Assembly: GCA_964016885.1 (NCBI GenBank)
Contig: OZ024745.1
Location: 21,886,001-21,950,000, forward strand
Length of the DNA stretch: 64,000 nucleotides
From: Eledone cirrhosa
Taxonomy: Eukaryota
Direction of reading: 5' to 3'
Below, piece by piece: positions 1 to 13,100 of this stretch. Every line of letters starts with the position of its first letter. Position 1 is the first letter of the stretch. The notes below the pieces were generated by a model. The model made no database searches. It was not told the DNA's origin and saw nothing but the letters and a program-made list of their open reading frames with translations. A program made the position numbers and the translations under genes.

Positions 1-186
1 GTTCTGTTCTATATAGTTATATTTCTGTTCTATATAGTTATTGTTCTGTTCTATATAGTTATGGTTCTGTTCTATATAGTTATGGTTCTGTTCTATATAA
101 TTATGGTTCTGTTCTGTATAGTTATGGTTCTTTTCTATATAGGTATGGTTCTGTTCTATATAGTTATGGTTCTGTTCTATATAGTT

Positions 187-2870
187 ATGGTTCTGTTCTG
201 TATAGTTATGGTTCTGTTCTATATAGTTATCGTTCTGTTCTATATACTTATGGTTCTGTTCTATATAGTTATGGTTCTGTTCTGTATAGTTATGGTTCTG
301 TTCTATATAGCTATGGTTCTGTTCTGTATAGTTATGGTTCTGTTCTATATAGTTATGATTCTGTTGTATATAGTTATATTTCTGTTCTATATAGTTATGG
401 TACTGTTCTATATAGTTATGGTTCTGTTCTGTATAGTTATGGTTCTGTTCTATACAGTTATGGTTCTGTTCTGTATAGTTATGGTTCTGTTCTATATAGT
501 TATGGTTCTGTTCTATATAGTTATATTTCTGTTCTATGTAGTTATGGTTCTGTTCTATATAGTTATGGTTCTGTTCTATCTAGTTATGGTTCTGTTCTGT
601 ATAGTTATGGTTCTGTTCTGTATAGTTATGGTTCTGTTCTATATAGTTATATTTCTGTTCTATATAGTTATGGTTCTGTTCTGTATAGTTATGGTTCTCT
701 TCTATATAGTTATATTTCTGTTCTATATAGTTATGGCTCTGTTCTATACAGTTATGGTTCCGTTCTGTATAGTTATGGTTCTGTTCTATATAGTTATGGT
801 TCTGTTCTATATAGTTATGGTTCTGTTCTCTACAGTTATGCTTCTGTTCTGTATAGTTATGGTTCTGTTCTATATAGTTATATTTCTGTTCTATATAGTT
901 ATGGTTCTGTTCTGTATAGTTATGGTTCTGTTCTGTATAGTAATTGTTCTGTTCTATATAGTTATGGTTCTGTTCTGTATAGTTACGCTTCTGTTCTATA
1001 CAGTTATGGTTCTGTTCTATATAGTTATGGTTCTGTTCTGTATAGTTATGGTTCTGTTCTGTATAGTTATGGTACTGTTCTATATGGCTATGGTTCTGTT
1101 CTATATAGTTATGGTTCTGTTCTATATAGTTATATTTCTGTTCTATATAGTTATGGTTCTGTTCTATATAGTTATGGTTCTGTTCTATATAGTTATGGTT
1201 CTGTTCTATATAGTTATATTTCTGTTCTGTATAGTTATTGTTCTGTTCTATATAGTTATTGTTCTGTTCTATCTCGTTATGGTTGTTTTCTATATAGTTA
1301 TGGTTCTGTTCTATATAGTTATATTTCTGTTCTATATATTTATTGTTCTGTTCTATATATTTATGGTTCTGTTCTATATAGTTATGGTTCTGTTGTATAT
1401 AATTATATTTCTGTTCTGTATAGTTATTTTTCTGTTCTATATAGTTATGGTTCTGTTCTATATAGTTATGTTTCTGTTCTATATAGTTATGGTTCTGTTC
1501 TATATAGTTATGGTTCTGTTCTATATAGTTATATTTCTGTTCTGTATAGTTATGGTTCTGTTCTATATAGTTATGGTTCTGTTCTATATAGTTATGTTTC
1601 TGTTCTATATAGTTATGGTTCTGTTCTATATAGTTATGGTTCTGTTCTATATAATTATGGTTCTGTTCTGTATAGTTATGGTTCTTTTCTATATAGGTAT
1701 GGTTCTGTTCTATATAGTTATGGTTCTGTTCTATATAGTTATGGTTCTGTTCTGTATAGTTATGGTTCTGTTCTATATAGTTATGGTTCTGCTCTATATA
1801 ATTATGGTACTATTCTATATAGTTATGGTTCTGTTCTATATAGTTATGGTTCTGTTCTATATAGTTATGGTTCTTTTCTATATAGTTATGGTTCTGTTCT
1901 ATATAGTTATGGTTCTGTTCTATATAGTTATATTTCTGTTCTATATAGTTATTGTTCTGTTCTATATAGTTATGGTTCTGTTCTATATAGTTATGGTTCT
2001 GTTCTGTATAGTTATGGTTCTGTTCTATATAGTTATGGTTCTGTTCTGTATAGTTATGGTTCTGTTCTATATAGTTATCGTTCTGTTCTATATACTTATG
2101 GTTCTGTTCTATATAGTTATGGTTCTGTTCTGTATAGTTATGGTTCTGTTCTATATAGCTATGGTTCTGTTCTGTATAGTTATGGTTCTGTTCTATATAG
2201 TTATGATTCTGTTGTATATAGTTATATTTCTGTTCTATATAGTTATGGTACTGTTCTATATAGTTATGGTTCTGTTCTGTATAGTTATGGTTCTGTTCTA
2301 TACAGTTATGGTTCTGTTCTGTATAGTTATGGTTCTGTTCTATATAGTTATGGTTCTGTTCTATATAGTTATATTTCTGTTCTATGTAGTTATGGTTCTG
2401 TTCTATATAGTTATGGTTCTGTTCTATCTAGTTATGGTTCTGTTCTGTATAGTTATGGTTCTGTTCTGTATAGTTATGGTTCTGTTCTATATAGTTATAT
2501 TTCTGTTCTATATAGTTATGGTTCTGTTCTGTATAGTTATGGTTCTCTTCTATATAGTTATATTTCTGTTCTATATAGATATGGTTCTGTTCTATACAGT
2601 TATGGTTCTGTTCTGTATAGTTATGGTTCTGTTCTATATAGTTATGGTTCTGTTCTATATAGTTATGGTTCTGTTCTCTACAGTTATGCTTCTGTTCTGT
2701 ATAGTTATGGTTCTGTTCTATATAGTTATATTTCTGTTCTATATAGTTATGGTTCTGTTCTGTATAGTTATGGTTCTGTTCTGTATAGTAATTGTTCTGT
2801 TCTATATAGTTATGGTTCTGTTCTGTATAGTTACGCTTCTGTTCTATACAGTTATGGTTCTGTTCTATAT
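187..2870. repeat. Higher-order duplication: ~187-1020 repeated at ~2035-2870 (offset 1,848 bp = 88 monomers); ends approximate
   Basis: Rare monomers ATCGTT...TATACTT at 229 and 2077 and ACGCTT at 985 and 2833 share the same offset. The variant order between them also matches (GCTATG, TTGTAT, CTCTTC, CTCTACAG). Confidence 0.88.
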
Positions 2871-4029
2871 AGTTATGGTTCTGTTCTATATAGTTATGGT
2901 TCTGTTCTGTATAGTTATGGTACTGTTCTATATGGTTATGGTTCTGTTCTATATAGTTATGGTTCTGTTCTATATAGTTATGGTTCTGTTCTATATAGTT
3001 ATATTTCTGTTCTATATAGTTATGGTTCTGTTCTGTATAGTTATGGTTCTGTTCTGTATAGTTATGGTTCTGTTCTATATAGTTATGGTTCTGTTCTGTA
3101 TAGTTATGGTTCTGTTCTGTATAGTTATGGGACTGTTCTATATGGTTATGGTTCTGTTCTATATAGTTATGGTTCTGTTCTATATAGTTATATTTCTGTT
3201 CTATATAGTTATGGTTCTGTTCTATATAGTTATGGTTCTGTTCTATATAGTTATGGTTCTGTTCTATATAGTTATATTTCTGTTCTGTATAGTTATTGTT
3301 CTGTTCTATCTAGTTATGGTTGTTTTCTATATAGTTATGGTTCTGTTCTATATAGTTATATTTCTGTTCTATATATTTATTGTTCTGTTCTATATAGTTA
3401 TGGTTCTGTTCTATATAGTTATGGTTCTGTTCTATATAATTATATTTGTGTTCTGTATAGTTATTTTTCTGTTCTATACAGTTATGCTTCTGTTCTGTAT
3501 AGTTATGGTTCTGTTCTATATAGTTATATTTCTGTTCTATATAGTTATGGTTCTGTTCTGTATAGTTATGGTTCTGTTCTGTATAGTAATTGTTCTGTTC
3601 TATATAGTTATGGTTCTGTTCTGTATAGTTACGGTTCTGTTCTATACAGTTATGGTTCTGTTCTATATAGTTATGGTTCTGTTCTATATAGTTATGGTTC
3701 TGTTCTGTATAGTTATGGTACTGTTCTATATGGTTATGGTTCTGTTCTATATAGTTATTGTTCTGTTCTATATAGTTATGGTTCTGTTCTATATAGTTAT
3801 ATTTCTGTTCTATATAGTTATGGTTCTGTTCTGTATAGTTATGGTTCTGTTCTGTATAGTTATGGTTCTGTTCTATATAGTTATGGTTCTGTTCTGTATA
3901 GTTATGATTCTGTTCTGTATAGTTATGGTTCTGTTCTGTATAGTTATGGTTCTGTTCTATATAGTTATGGTTCTGTTCTATATAGTTATGGTTCTGTTCT
4001 ATATAGTTATGGTTCTGTACTATATAGTT

Positions 4030-4386
4030 ATATTTCTGTTCTGTATAGTTATTGTTCTGTTCTGTATAGTTATTGTTCTGTTCTATCTAGTTATGGTTGT
4101 TTTCTATATAGTTATGGTTCTGTTCTATATAGTTATGGTTCTGTTCTATATAGTTATATTTCTGTTCTGTATAGTTATTGTTCTGTTCTGTATAGTTATT
4201 GTTCTGTTCTATCTAGTTATGGTTGTTTTCTATATAGTTATGGTTCTGTTCTATATAGTTATGGTTCTGTTCTATATAGTTATATTTCTGTTCTGTATAG
4301 TTATTGTTCTGTTCTGTATAGTTATTGTTCTGTTCTATCTAGTTATGGTTGTTTTCTATATAGTTATGGTTCTGTTCTATATAGTT
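4030..4386. repeat. 126-bp (6-monomer) higher-order unit, ~2.8 tandem copies
   Basis: The series ATATTT..CTGT / ATTG..CTGT / ATTG..TATCTA / ATGGTTGTTTTC / consensus / consensus starts at 4030, 4156 and 4282. The third copy lacks its last monomer. Confidence 0.9.
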
Positions 4387-7179
4387 ATATTTCTGTTCTA
4401 TATATTTATTGTTCTGTTCTATATAGTTATGTTTCTGTTCTATATAGTTATGGTTCTGTTCTATATAATTATATTTCTGTTCTGTATAGTTATTTTTCTG
4501 TTCGATATAGTTATGGTTCTGTTCTATATAGTTATGGTTCTGTTCTATATAGTTATGTTTCTGTTCTATATAGTTATGGTTCTGTTCTATATAGTTATGG
4601 TTCTGTTCTATATAGTTATGGTTCTGTTCTGTATAGTTATGGTTCTTTTCTATATAGTTATGGTTCTGTTCTATATAGTTATGGTTCTGTTCTATATAGT
4701 TATATTTCTGTTCTGTATAGTTATTGTTCTGTTCTATATAGTTTTGGTTCTGTTCTATATAGTTATGGTTCTGTTCTATATAGTTATATTTCTGTTCTAT
4801 ATAGTTATATTTCTGTTCTATATAGTTATGGTTCTGTTCTGTATAGTTATGGTTCTGTTCTGTATAGTTATGGTACTGTTCTATATAGTTATGGTCCTGT
4901 TCTATATAGTTATGGTTCTGTTCTATATATTTATGGTTCTGTTCTATATAGTTATGGTTCTGTTCTATATAGTTATGGTTCTTTTCTATATAGTTATGGT
5001 TCTGTTCTATATAGTTATGGTTCTGTTCTATATAGTTATATTTCTGTTCTATATAGTTATTGTTCTGTTCTATATAGTTATGGTTCTGTTCTATATAGTT
5101 ATGGTTCTGTTCTGTATAGTTATGGTTCTGTTCTATATAGTTATGGTTCTGTTCTGTATAGTTATGGTTCTGTTCTATATAGTTATTGTTCTGTTCTATA
5201 TAGTTATTGTTCTGTTCTATATAGTTATGGTTCTGTTCTGTATAGTTATGGTTCTGTTCTATATAGCTATGGTTCTGTTCTGTATAGTTATGGTTCTGTT
5301 CTATATAGTTATGATTCTGTTCTATATAGTTATTGTTCTGTTCTATATAGTTATGGTACTGTTCTATATAGTTATGGTTCTGTTCTGTATCGTTATGGTT
5401 CTGTTCTATTTAGTTATTGTTCTGTTCTATATAGTAATGGTTCTGTTCTATATAGTCATGGTTCTGTTCTATATAGTTATGGTTCTGTTCTATATAGTTA
5501 TGGCTCTGTTCTATATAGTTATGTTTCTGTTCTATATAGTTATATTTCTGTTCTATATAGTTATGGTTCTGTTCTATATAGTTATGGTTCTGTTCTATAT
5601 AATTATATTTCTGTTCTGTATAGTTATTTTTCTGTTCTATATAGTTATGGTTCTGTTCTATATAGTTATGGTTCTGTTCTATATAGTTATGTTTCTGTTC
5701 TATATAATTATGGTTCTGTTCTATATAGTTATGGTTCTGTTCTATATAGTTATGGTTCTGTTCTGTATAGTTATGGTTCTTTTCTATATAGTTATGGTTC
5801 TGTTCTATACAGTTATGGTTCTGTTCTATATAGTTATGGTTCTGTTCTGTATAGTTATGGTTCTGTTCTATATAGTTATGGTTCTGCTCTATATAATTAT
5901 GGTACTATTCTATATAGTTATGGTTCTGTTCTGTATAGTTATATTTCTGTTCTATATAGTTATGGTTCTGTTCTATATAGTTATGATTCTGTTCTGTATA
6001 GTTATGGTTCTGTTCTATATAGTTATGGTTCTGTTCTATATAGTTATATTTCTGTTCTTTATAGTTATTGTTCTGTTCTATATAGTTATGGTTCTGTTCT
6101 ATCTAGTTATGGTTCTGTTCTATATAGTTATGATTCTGTTCTATATAGTTATATTTCTGTTCTATATAGTTATTGTTCTGTTCTATATAGTTATGGTTCT
6201 GTTCTATATAGTTATATTTCTGTTCTGTATAGTTATTGTTCTGTTCTATCTAGTTATGGTTGTTTTCTATATAGTTATGGTTCTGTTCTATATAGTTATT
6301 GTTCTGTTCTATATAGTTTTGGTTCTGTTCTATATAGTTATGGTTCTGTTCTATATAGTTATATTTCTGTTCTATATAGTTATATTTCTGTTCTATATAG
6401 TTATGGTTCTGTTCTGTATAGTTATGGTTCTGTTCTATATAGTCATGGTTCTGTTCTATATAGTTATGTTTCTGTTCTATATAGTTATGGCTCTGTTCTA
6501 TATAGTTATGTTTCTGTTCTATATAGTTATATTTCTGTTCTATATAGTTATGGTTCTGTTCTATATAGTTATGGTTCTGTTCTATATAATTATATTTCTG
6601 TTCTGTATAGTTATTTTTCTGTTCTATATAGTTATGGTTCTGTTCTATATAGTTATGGTTCTTTTCTATATAGTTATGGTTCTGTTCTATATAGTTATGG
6701 TTCTGTTCTATATAGTTATGGTTCTGTTCTGTATAGTTATGGTTCTGTTCTATATAGTTATTGTTCTGTTCTATATAGTTATGGTTCTGTTCTATATAGT
6801 TATGGTTCTGTTCTGTATAGTTATGGTTCTGTTCTATATAGCTATGGTTCTGTTATGTATAGTTATGGTTCTGTTCTATATAGTTATGATTCTGTTCTAT
6901 ATAGTTATATTTCTGTTCAATATAGTTATGGTACTGTTCTATATAGTTATGGTTCTGTTCTGTATAGTTATGGTTCTGTTCTATTTAGTTATGGTTCTGT
7001 TCTATATAGTAATGGTTCTGTTCTATATAGTCATGGTTCTGTTCTATGTAGTTATGGTTCTGTTCTATATAGTTATGGCTCTGTTCTATATAGTTATGTT
7101 TCTGTTCTATATAGTTATATTTCTGTTCTATATAGTTATGGTTCTGTTCTGTATAGTTATGGTTCTGTTCTATATAGTT

Positions 7180-10100
7180 ATATTTCTGTTCTATGTAGTT
7201 ATGGTTCTGTTCTATATAGTTATGGTTCTGTTCTATCTAGTTATGGTTCTGTTCTGTATAGTTATGGTTCTGTTCTGTATAATTATGGTTCTGTTCTATA
7301 TAGTTATATTTCTGTTCTATATAGTTATGGTTCTGTTCTGTATAGTTATGGTTCTGTTCTATATAGTTATATTTCTGTTCTATATAGTTATGGTTCTGTT
7401 CTATATAGTCATGGTTCTGTTCTGTATAGTTATGGTTCTGTTCTGTATAGTTATGGTTCTGTTCTATACAGTTATGCTTCTGTTCTGTATAGTTATGGTT
7501 CTGTTCTATATAGTTATATTTCTGTTCTATATAGTTATGGTTCTGTTCTGTATAGTTATGGTTCTGTTCTGTATAGTAATTGTTCTGTTATATATAGTTA
7601 TGGTTCTGTTCTATATAGTTATGGTTCTGTTCTGTATAGTTATGGTACTGTTCTATATGGTTATGGTTCTGTTCTATATAGTTATGGTTCTGTTCTATAT
7701 AGTTATGGTTCTGTTCTATATAGTTATATTTCTGTTCTATATAGTTATGGTTCTGTTCTGTATAGTTATGGTTCTGTTCTGTATAGTTATGGTTCTGTTC
7801 TATATAGTTATGGTTCTGTTCTGTATAGTTATGGTTCTGTTCTGTATAGTTATGGTACTGTTCTATATGGTTATGGTTCTGTTCTATATAGTTATGGTTC
7901 TGTTCTATATAGTTATATTTCTGTTCTATATAGTTATGGTTCTGTTCTATATAGTTATGGTTCTGTTCTATATAGTTATGGTTCTGTTCTATATAGTTAT
8001 ATTTCTGTTCTATATAGTTATTGTTCTGTTCTATATAGTTATTGTTCTGTTCTATCTAGTTATGGTTGTTTTCTATTTAGTTATGGTTCTGTTCTATATA
8101 GTTATATTTCTGTTCTATATATGTATTGTTCTGTTCTATATAGTTATGGTTCTGTTCTATATAGTTATGGGTCTGTTCTATATAATTATATTTCTGTTCT
8201 GTATAGTTATTTTTCTGTTCTATATAGTTATGTTTCTGTTCTATATAGTTATGGTTCTGTTCTATATAGTTATGTTTCTGTTCTATATAGTTATGGTTCT
8301 GTTCTATATAGTTATGGTTCTGTTCTATATAGTTATGGTTCTGATCTATATAATTATGGTTCTGTTCTGTAAAGTTATGGTTCTTTTCTATATAGTTATG
8401 ATTCTGTTCTATATAGTTATGGTTCTGTTCTATATAGTTATGGTTCTGTTCTGTATAGTTATGGTTCTGTTCTATATATTTATGGTTCTGCTCTATATAA
8501 TTATGGTACTATTCTATATAGTTATGGTTCAGTTCTGTATAGTTATATTTCTGTTCTATATATTTATGGTTCTGTTCTATATAGTTATGATTCTGTTCTG
8601 TATAGTTATGTTTCTGTTCTATATAGTTATGGTTCTGTTCTATATAGTTATATTTCTGTTCTTTATAGTTATTGTTCTGTTCTATATAGTTATGGTTCTG
8701 TTCTATCTAGTTATGGTTCTGTTCTATATAGTTATGGTTCTGTTCTATATAGTTATATTTCTGTTCTATATAGTTATTGTTCTGTTCTATATAGTTATGA
8801 TTCTGTTCTATATAGTTATATTTCTGTTCTGTATAGTTATTGTTCTGTTCTATATAGTTTTGGTTCTGTTCTATATAGTTATGGTTCTGTTCTATATAGT
8901 TATATTTCTGTTCTATATAGTTATATTTCTGTTCTATATAGTTATGGTTCTGTTCTGTATAGTTATGGTTCTCTTCTGTATAGTTATGGTACTGTTCTAT
9001 ATAGTTATGGTCCTGTTCTATATAGTTATGGTTCTGTTCTATATATTTATGGTTCTGTTCTATATAGTTATGGTTCTGTTCTATATAGTTATGGTTCTTT
9101 TCTATATAGTTATGGTTCTGTTCTATATAGTTATGGTTCTGTTCTACATAGTTATATTTCTGTTCTATATAGTTATTGTTCTGTTCTATATAGTTATGGT
9201 TCTGTTCTATATAGTTATGGTTCTGTTCTGTATAGTTATGGTTCTGTTCTATATAGTTATGGTTCTGTTCTGTATAGTTATGGTTCTGTTCTATATAGTT
9301 ATTGTTCTGTTCTATATAGTTATGGTTCTGTTCTATATAGTTATGGTTCTGTTCTGTATAGTTATGGTTCTGTTCTATATAGTTATGGTTCTGTTCTGTA
9401 TAGTTATGGTTCTGTTCTATATAGTTATGATTCTGTTCTATATAGTTATATTTCTGTTCTATATAGTTATGGTACTGTTCTATATAGTTATGGTTCTGTT
9501 CTGTATAGTTATGGTTCTGTTCTATATAGTTATAGTTCTGTTCTATATAGTTATGTCTCTGTTCTATATAGTTATGTTTCTGTTCTATATAGTAATATTT
9601 CTGTTCTATATAGTTATGGTTCTGTTCTGTATAGTTATGTTTCTGTTCTATATAGTTATATTTCTGTTCTATGTAGTTATGGTTCTGTTCTATATAGTTA
9701 TGGTTCTGTTCTATCTAGTTATGGTTCTGTTCTGTATAGTTATGGTTCTGTTCTGTATTGTTATGGTTCTGTTCTATATAGTTATATTTCTGTTCTATAT
9801 AGTTATGGTTCTGTTCTATATAGTTATGGTTCTTTTCTATATAGTTATGGTTCTGTTCTATATAGTTATGGTTCTGTTCTATATAGTTATGGTTCTGTTC
9901 TGTATAGTTATGGTTCTGTTCTATATAGTTATTGTTCTGTTCTATATTGTTATTGTTCTGTTCTATATAATTATGGTTCTGTTCTGTATAGTTATTGTTC
10001 TGTTCTATATAGCTATGGTTCTGTTATGTATAGTTATGGTTCTGTTCTATATAGTTATGATTCTGTTCTATATAGTTATATTTCTGTTCTATATAGTTAT

Positions 10101-13100
10101 GGTACTGTTCTATATAGTTATGGTTCTGTTCTGTATAGTTATGGTTCTGTTCTATTTAGTTATGGTTCTGTTCTATATAGTAATGGTTCTGTTCTATATA
10201 GTCATGGTTCTGTTCTATATAGTTATGGTTCTGTTCTATATAGTTATGGCTCTGTTCTATATAGTTATGTTTCTGTTCTATATAGTTATATTTCTGTTCT
10301 ATATAGTTATGGTTCTGTTCTGTATAGTTATGGTTCTGTTCTATATAGTTATCTTTCTGTTCTATGTAGTTATGGTTCTGTTCTATATAGTTATGGTTCT
10401 GTTCTATCTAGTTATGGTTCTGTTCTGTATAGTTATGGTTCTGTTCTGTATAGTTATGGTTCTGTTCTGTATAGTTATGGTTCTGTTCTATACAGTTATG
10501 GTTCTGTTCTGTATAGTTATGGTTCTGTTCTATATAGTTATGGTTCTGTTCTATATAGTTATGGTTCTGTTCTATACAGTTATGCTTCTGTTCTGTATAG
10601 TTATGGTTCTGTTCTATATAGTTATATTTCTGTTCTATATAGTTATGGTTCTGTTCTGTATAGTTATGGTTCTGTTCTGTATAGTAATTGTTCTGTTCTA
10701 TATAGTTATGGTTCTGTTCTGTATAGTTACGGTTCTGTTCTATACAGTTATGGTTCTGTTCTATATAGTTATGGTTCTGTTCTATATAGTTATGATTCTG
10801 TTCTGTATAGTTATGGTACTGTTCTATATGGTTATGGTTCTGTTCTATATAGTTATGGTTCTGTTCTATATAGTTATGGTTCTGTTCTATATAGTTATAT
10901 TTCTGTTCTATATAGTTATGGTTCTGTTCTGTATAGTTATGGTTCTGTTCTGTATAGTTATGGTTCTGTTCTATATAGTTATGGTTCTGTTCTGTATAGT
11001 TATGGTTCTGTTCTGTATAGTTATGGTACTGTTCTATATGGTTATGGTTCTGTTCTATATAGTTATGGTTCTGTTCTATATAGTTATATTTCTGTTCTAT
11101 ATAGTTATGGTTCTGTTCTATATAGTTATGGTTCTGTTCTATATAGTTATGGTTCTGTTCTATATAGTTATATTTCTGTTCTATATAGTTATTGTTCTGT
11201 TCTATATAGTTATTGTTCTGTTCTATCTAGTTATGGTTGTTTTCTATTTAGTTATGGTTCTGTTCTATATAGTTATATTTCTGTTCTATATATTTATTGT
11301 TCTGTTCTATATAGTTATGGTTCTGTTCTATATAGTTATGGTTCTGTTCTATATAATTATATTTCTGTTCTGTATAGTTATTTTTCTGTTCTATATAGTT
11401 ATGTTTCTGTTCTATATAGTTATGGTTCTCTTCTATATAGTTATGTTTCTGTTCTATATAGTTATGGTTCTGTTCTATATAGTTATGGTTCTGTTCTATA
11501 TAATTATGGTTCTGTTCTGTATAGTTATGGTTTTTTCTATATAGTTATGGTTCTGTTCTATATAGTTATGGTTCTGTTCTATATAGTTATGGTTCTGTTC
11601 TGTATAGTTATGGTTCTGTTCTATATAGTTATGGTTCTGCTCTATATAATTATGGTACTATTCTATATAGTTATGGTTCAGTTCTGTATAGTTATATTTC
11701 TGTTCTATATATTTATGGTTCTGTTCTATATAGTTATGATTCTGTTCTGTATAGTTATGGTTCTGTTCTATATAGTTATGGTTCTGTTCTATATAGTTAT
11801 ATTTCTGTTCTTTATAGTTATTGTTCTGTTCTATATAGTTATGGTTCTGTTCTATCTAGTTATGGTTCTGTTCTATATAGTTATGGTTCTGTTCTATATA
11901 GTCATGGTTCTGTTCTGTATAGTTATGGTTCTGTTCTGTATAGTTATGGTTCTGTTCTATACAGTTATGGTTCTGTTCTGTATAGTTATGGTTCTGTTCT
12001 ATATAGTTATGGTTCTGTTCTATATAGTTATGGTTCTGTTCTATACAGTTATGCTTCTGTTCTGTATAGTTATGGTTCTGTTCTATATAGTTATATTTCT
12101 GTTCTATATAGTTATGGTTCTGTTCTGTATAGTTATGGTTCTGTTCTGTATAGTAATTGTTCTGTTATATATAGTTATGGTTCTGTTCTATATAGTTATG
12201 GTTCTGTTCTGTATAGTTATGGTACTGTTCTATATAGTTATATTTCTGTTCTATGTAGTTATGGTTCTGTTCTATATAGTTATGGTTCTGTTCTATCTAG
12301 TTATGGTTCTGTTCTGTATAGTTATGGTTCTGTTCTGTATAATTATGGTTCTGTTCTATATAGTTATATTTCTGTTCTATATAGTTATGGTTCTGTTCTG
12401 TATAGTTATGGTTCTGTTCTATATAGTTATATTTCTGTTCTATATAGTTATGGTTCTGTTCTATATAGTCATGGTTCTGTTCTGTATAGTTATGGTTCTG
12501 TTCTGTATAGTTATGGTTCTGTTCTATACAGTTATGGTTCTGTTCTGTATAGTTATGGTTCTGTTCTATATAGTTATGGTTCTGTTCTATATAGTTATGG
12601 TTCTGTTCTATACAGTTATGCTTCTGTTCTGTATAGTTATGGTTCTGTTCTATATAGTTATATTTCTGTTCTATATAGTTATGGTTCTGTTCTGTATAGT
12701 TATGGTTCTGTTCTGTATAGTAATTGTTCTGTTATATATAGTTATGGTTCTGTTCTATATAGTTATGGTTCTGTTCTGTATAGTTATGGTACTGTTCTAT
12801 ATGGTTATGGTTCTGTTCTATATAGTTATGGTTCTGTTCTATATAGTTATGGTTCTGTTCTATATAGTTATATTTCTGTTCTATATAGTTATGGTTCTGT
12901 TCTGTATAGTTATGGTTCTGTTCTGTATAGTTATGGTTCTGTTCTATATAGTTATGGTTCTGTTCTGTATAGTTATGGTTCTGTTCTGTATAGTTATGGT
13001 ACTGTTCTATATGGTTATGGTTCTGTTCTATATAGTTATGGTTCTGTTCTATATAGTTATATTTCTGTTCTATATAGTTATGGTTCTGTTCTATATAGTT

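Noticed and set aside
61-81. Regulatory motifs in the monomer (TATA-like TATATA, TGTTCT steroid-receptor half-site, GAA heat-shock units, LexA-like GTTC/CTGT)
   Set aside because: These are short chance-level matches without the required partner half-site orientation or spacing, and there is no gene nearby.
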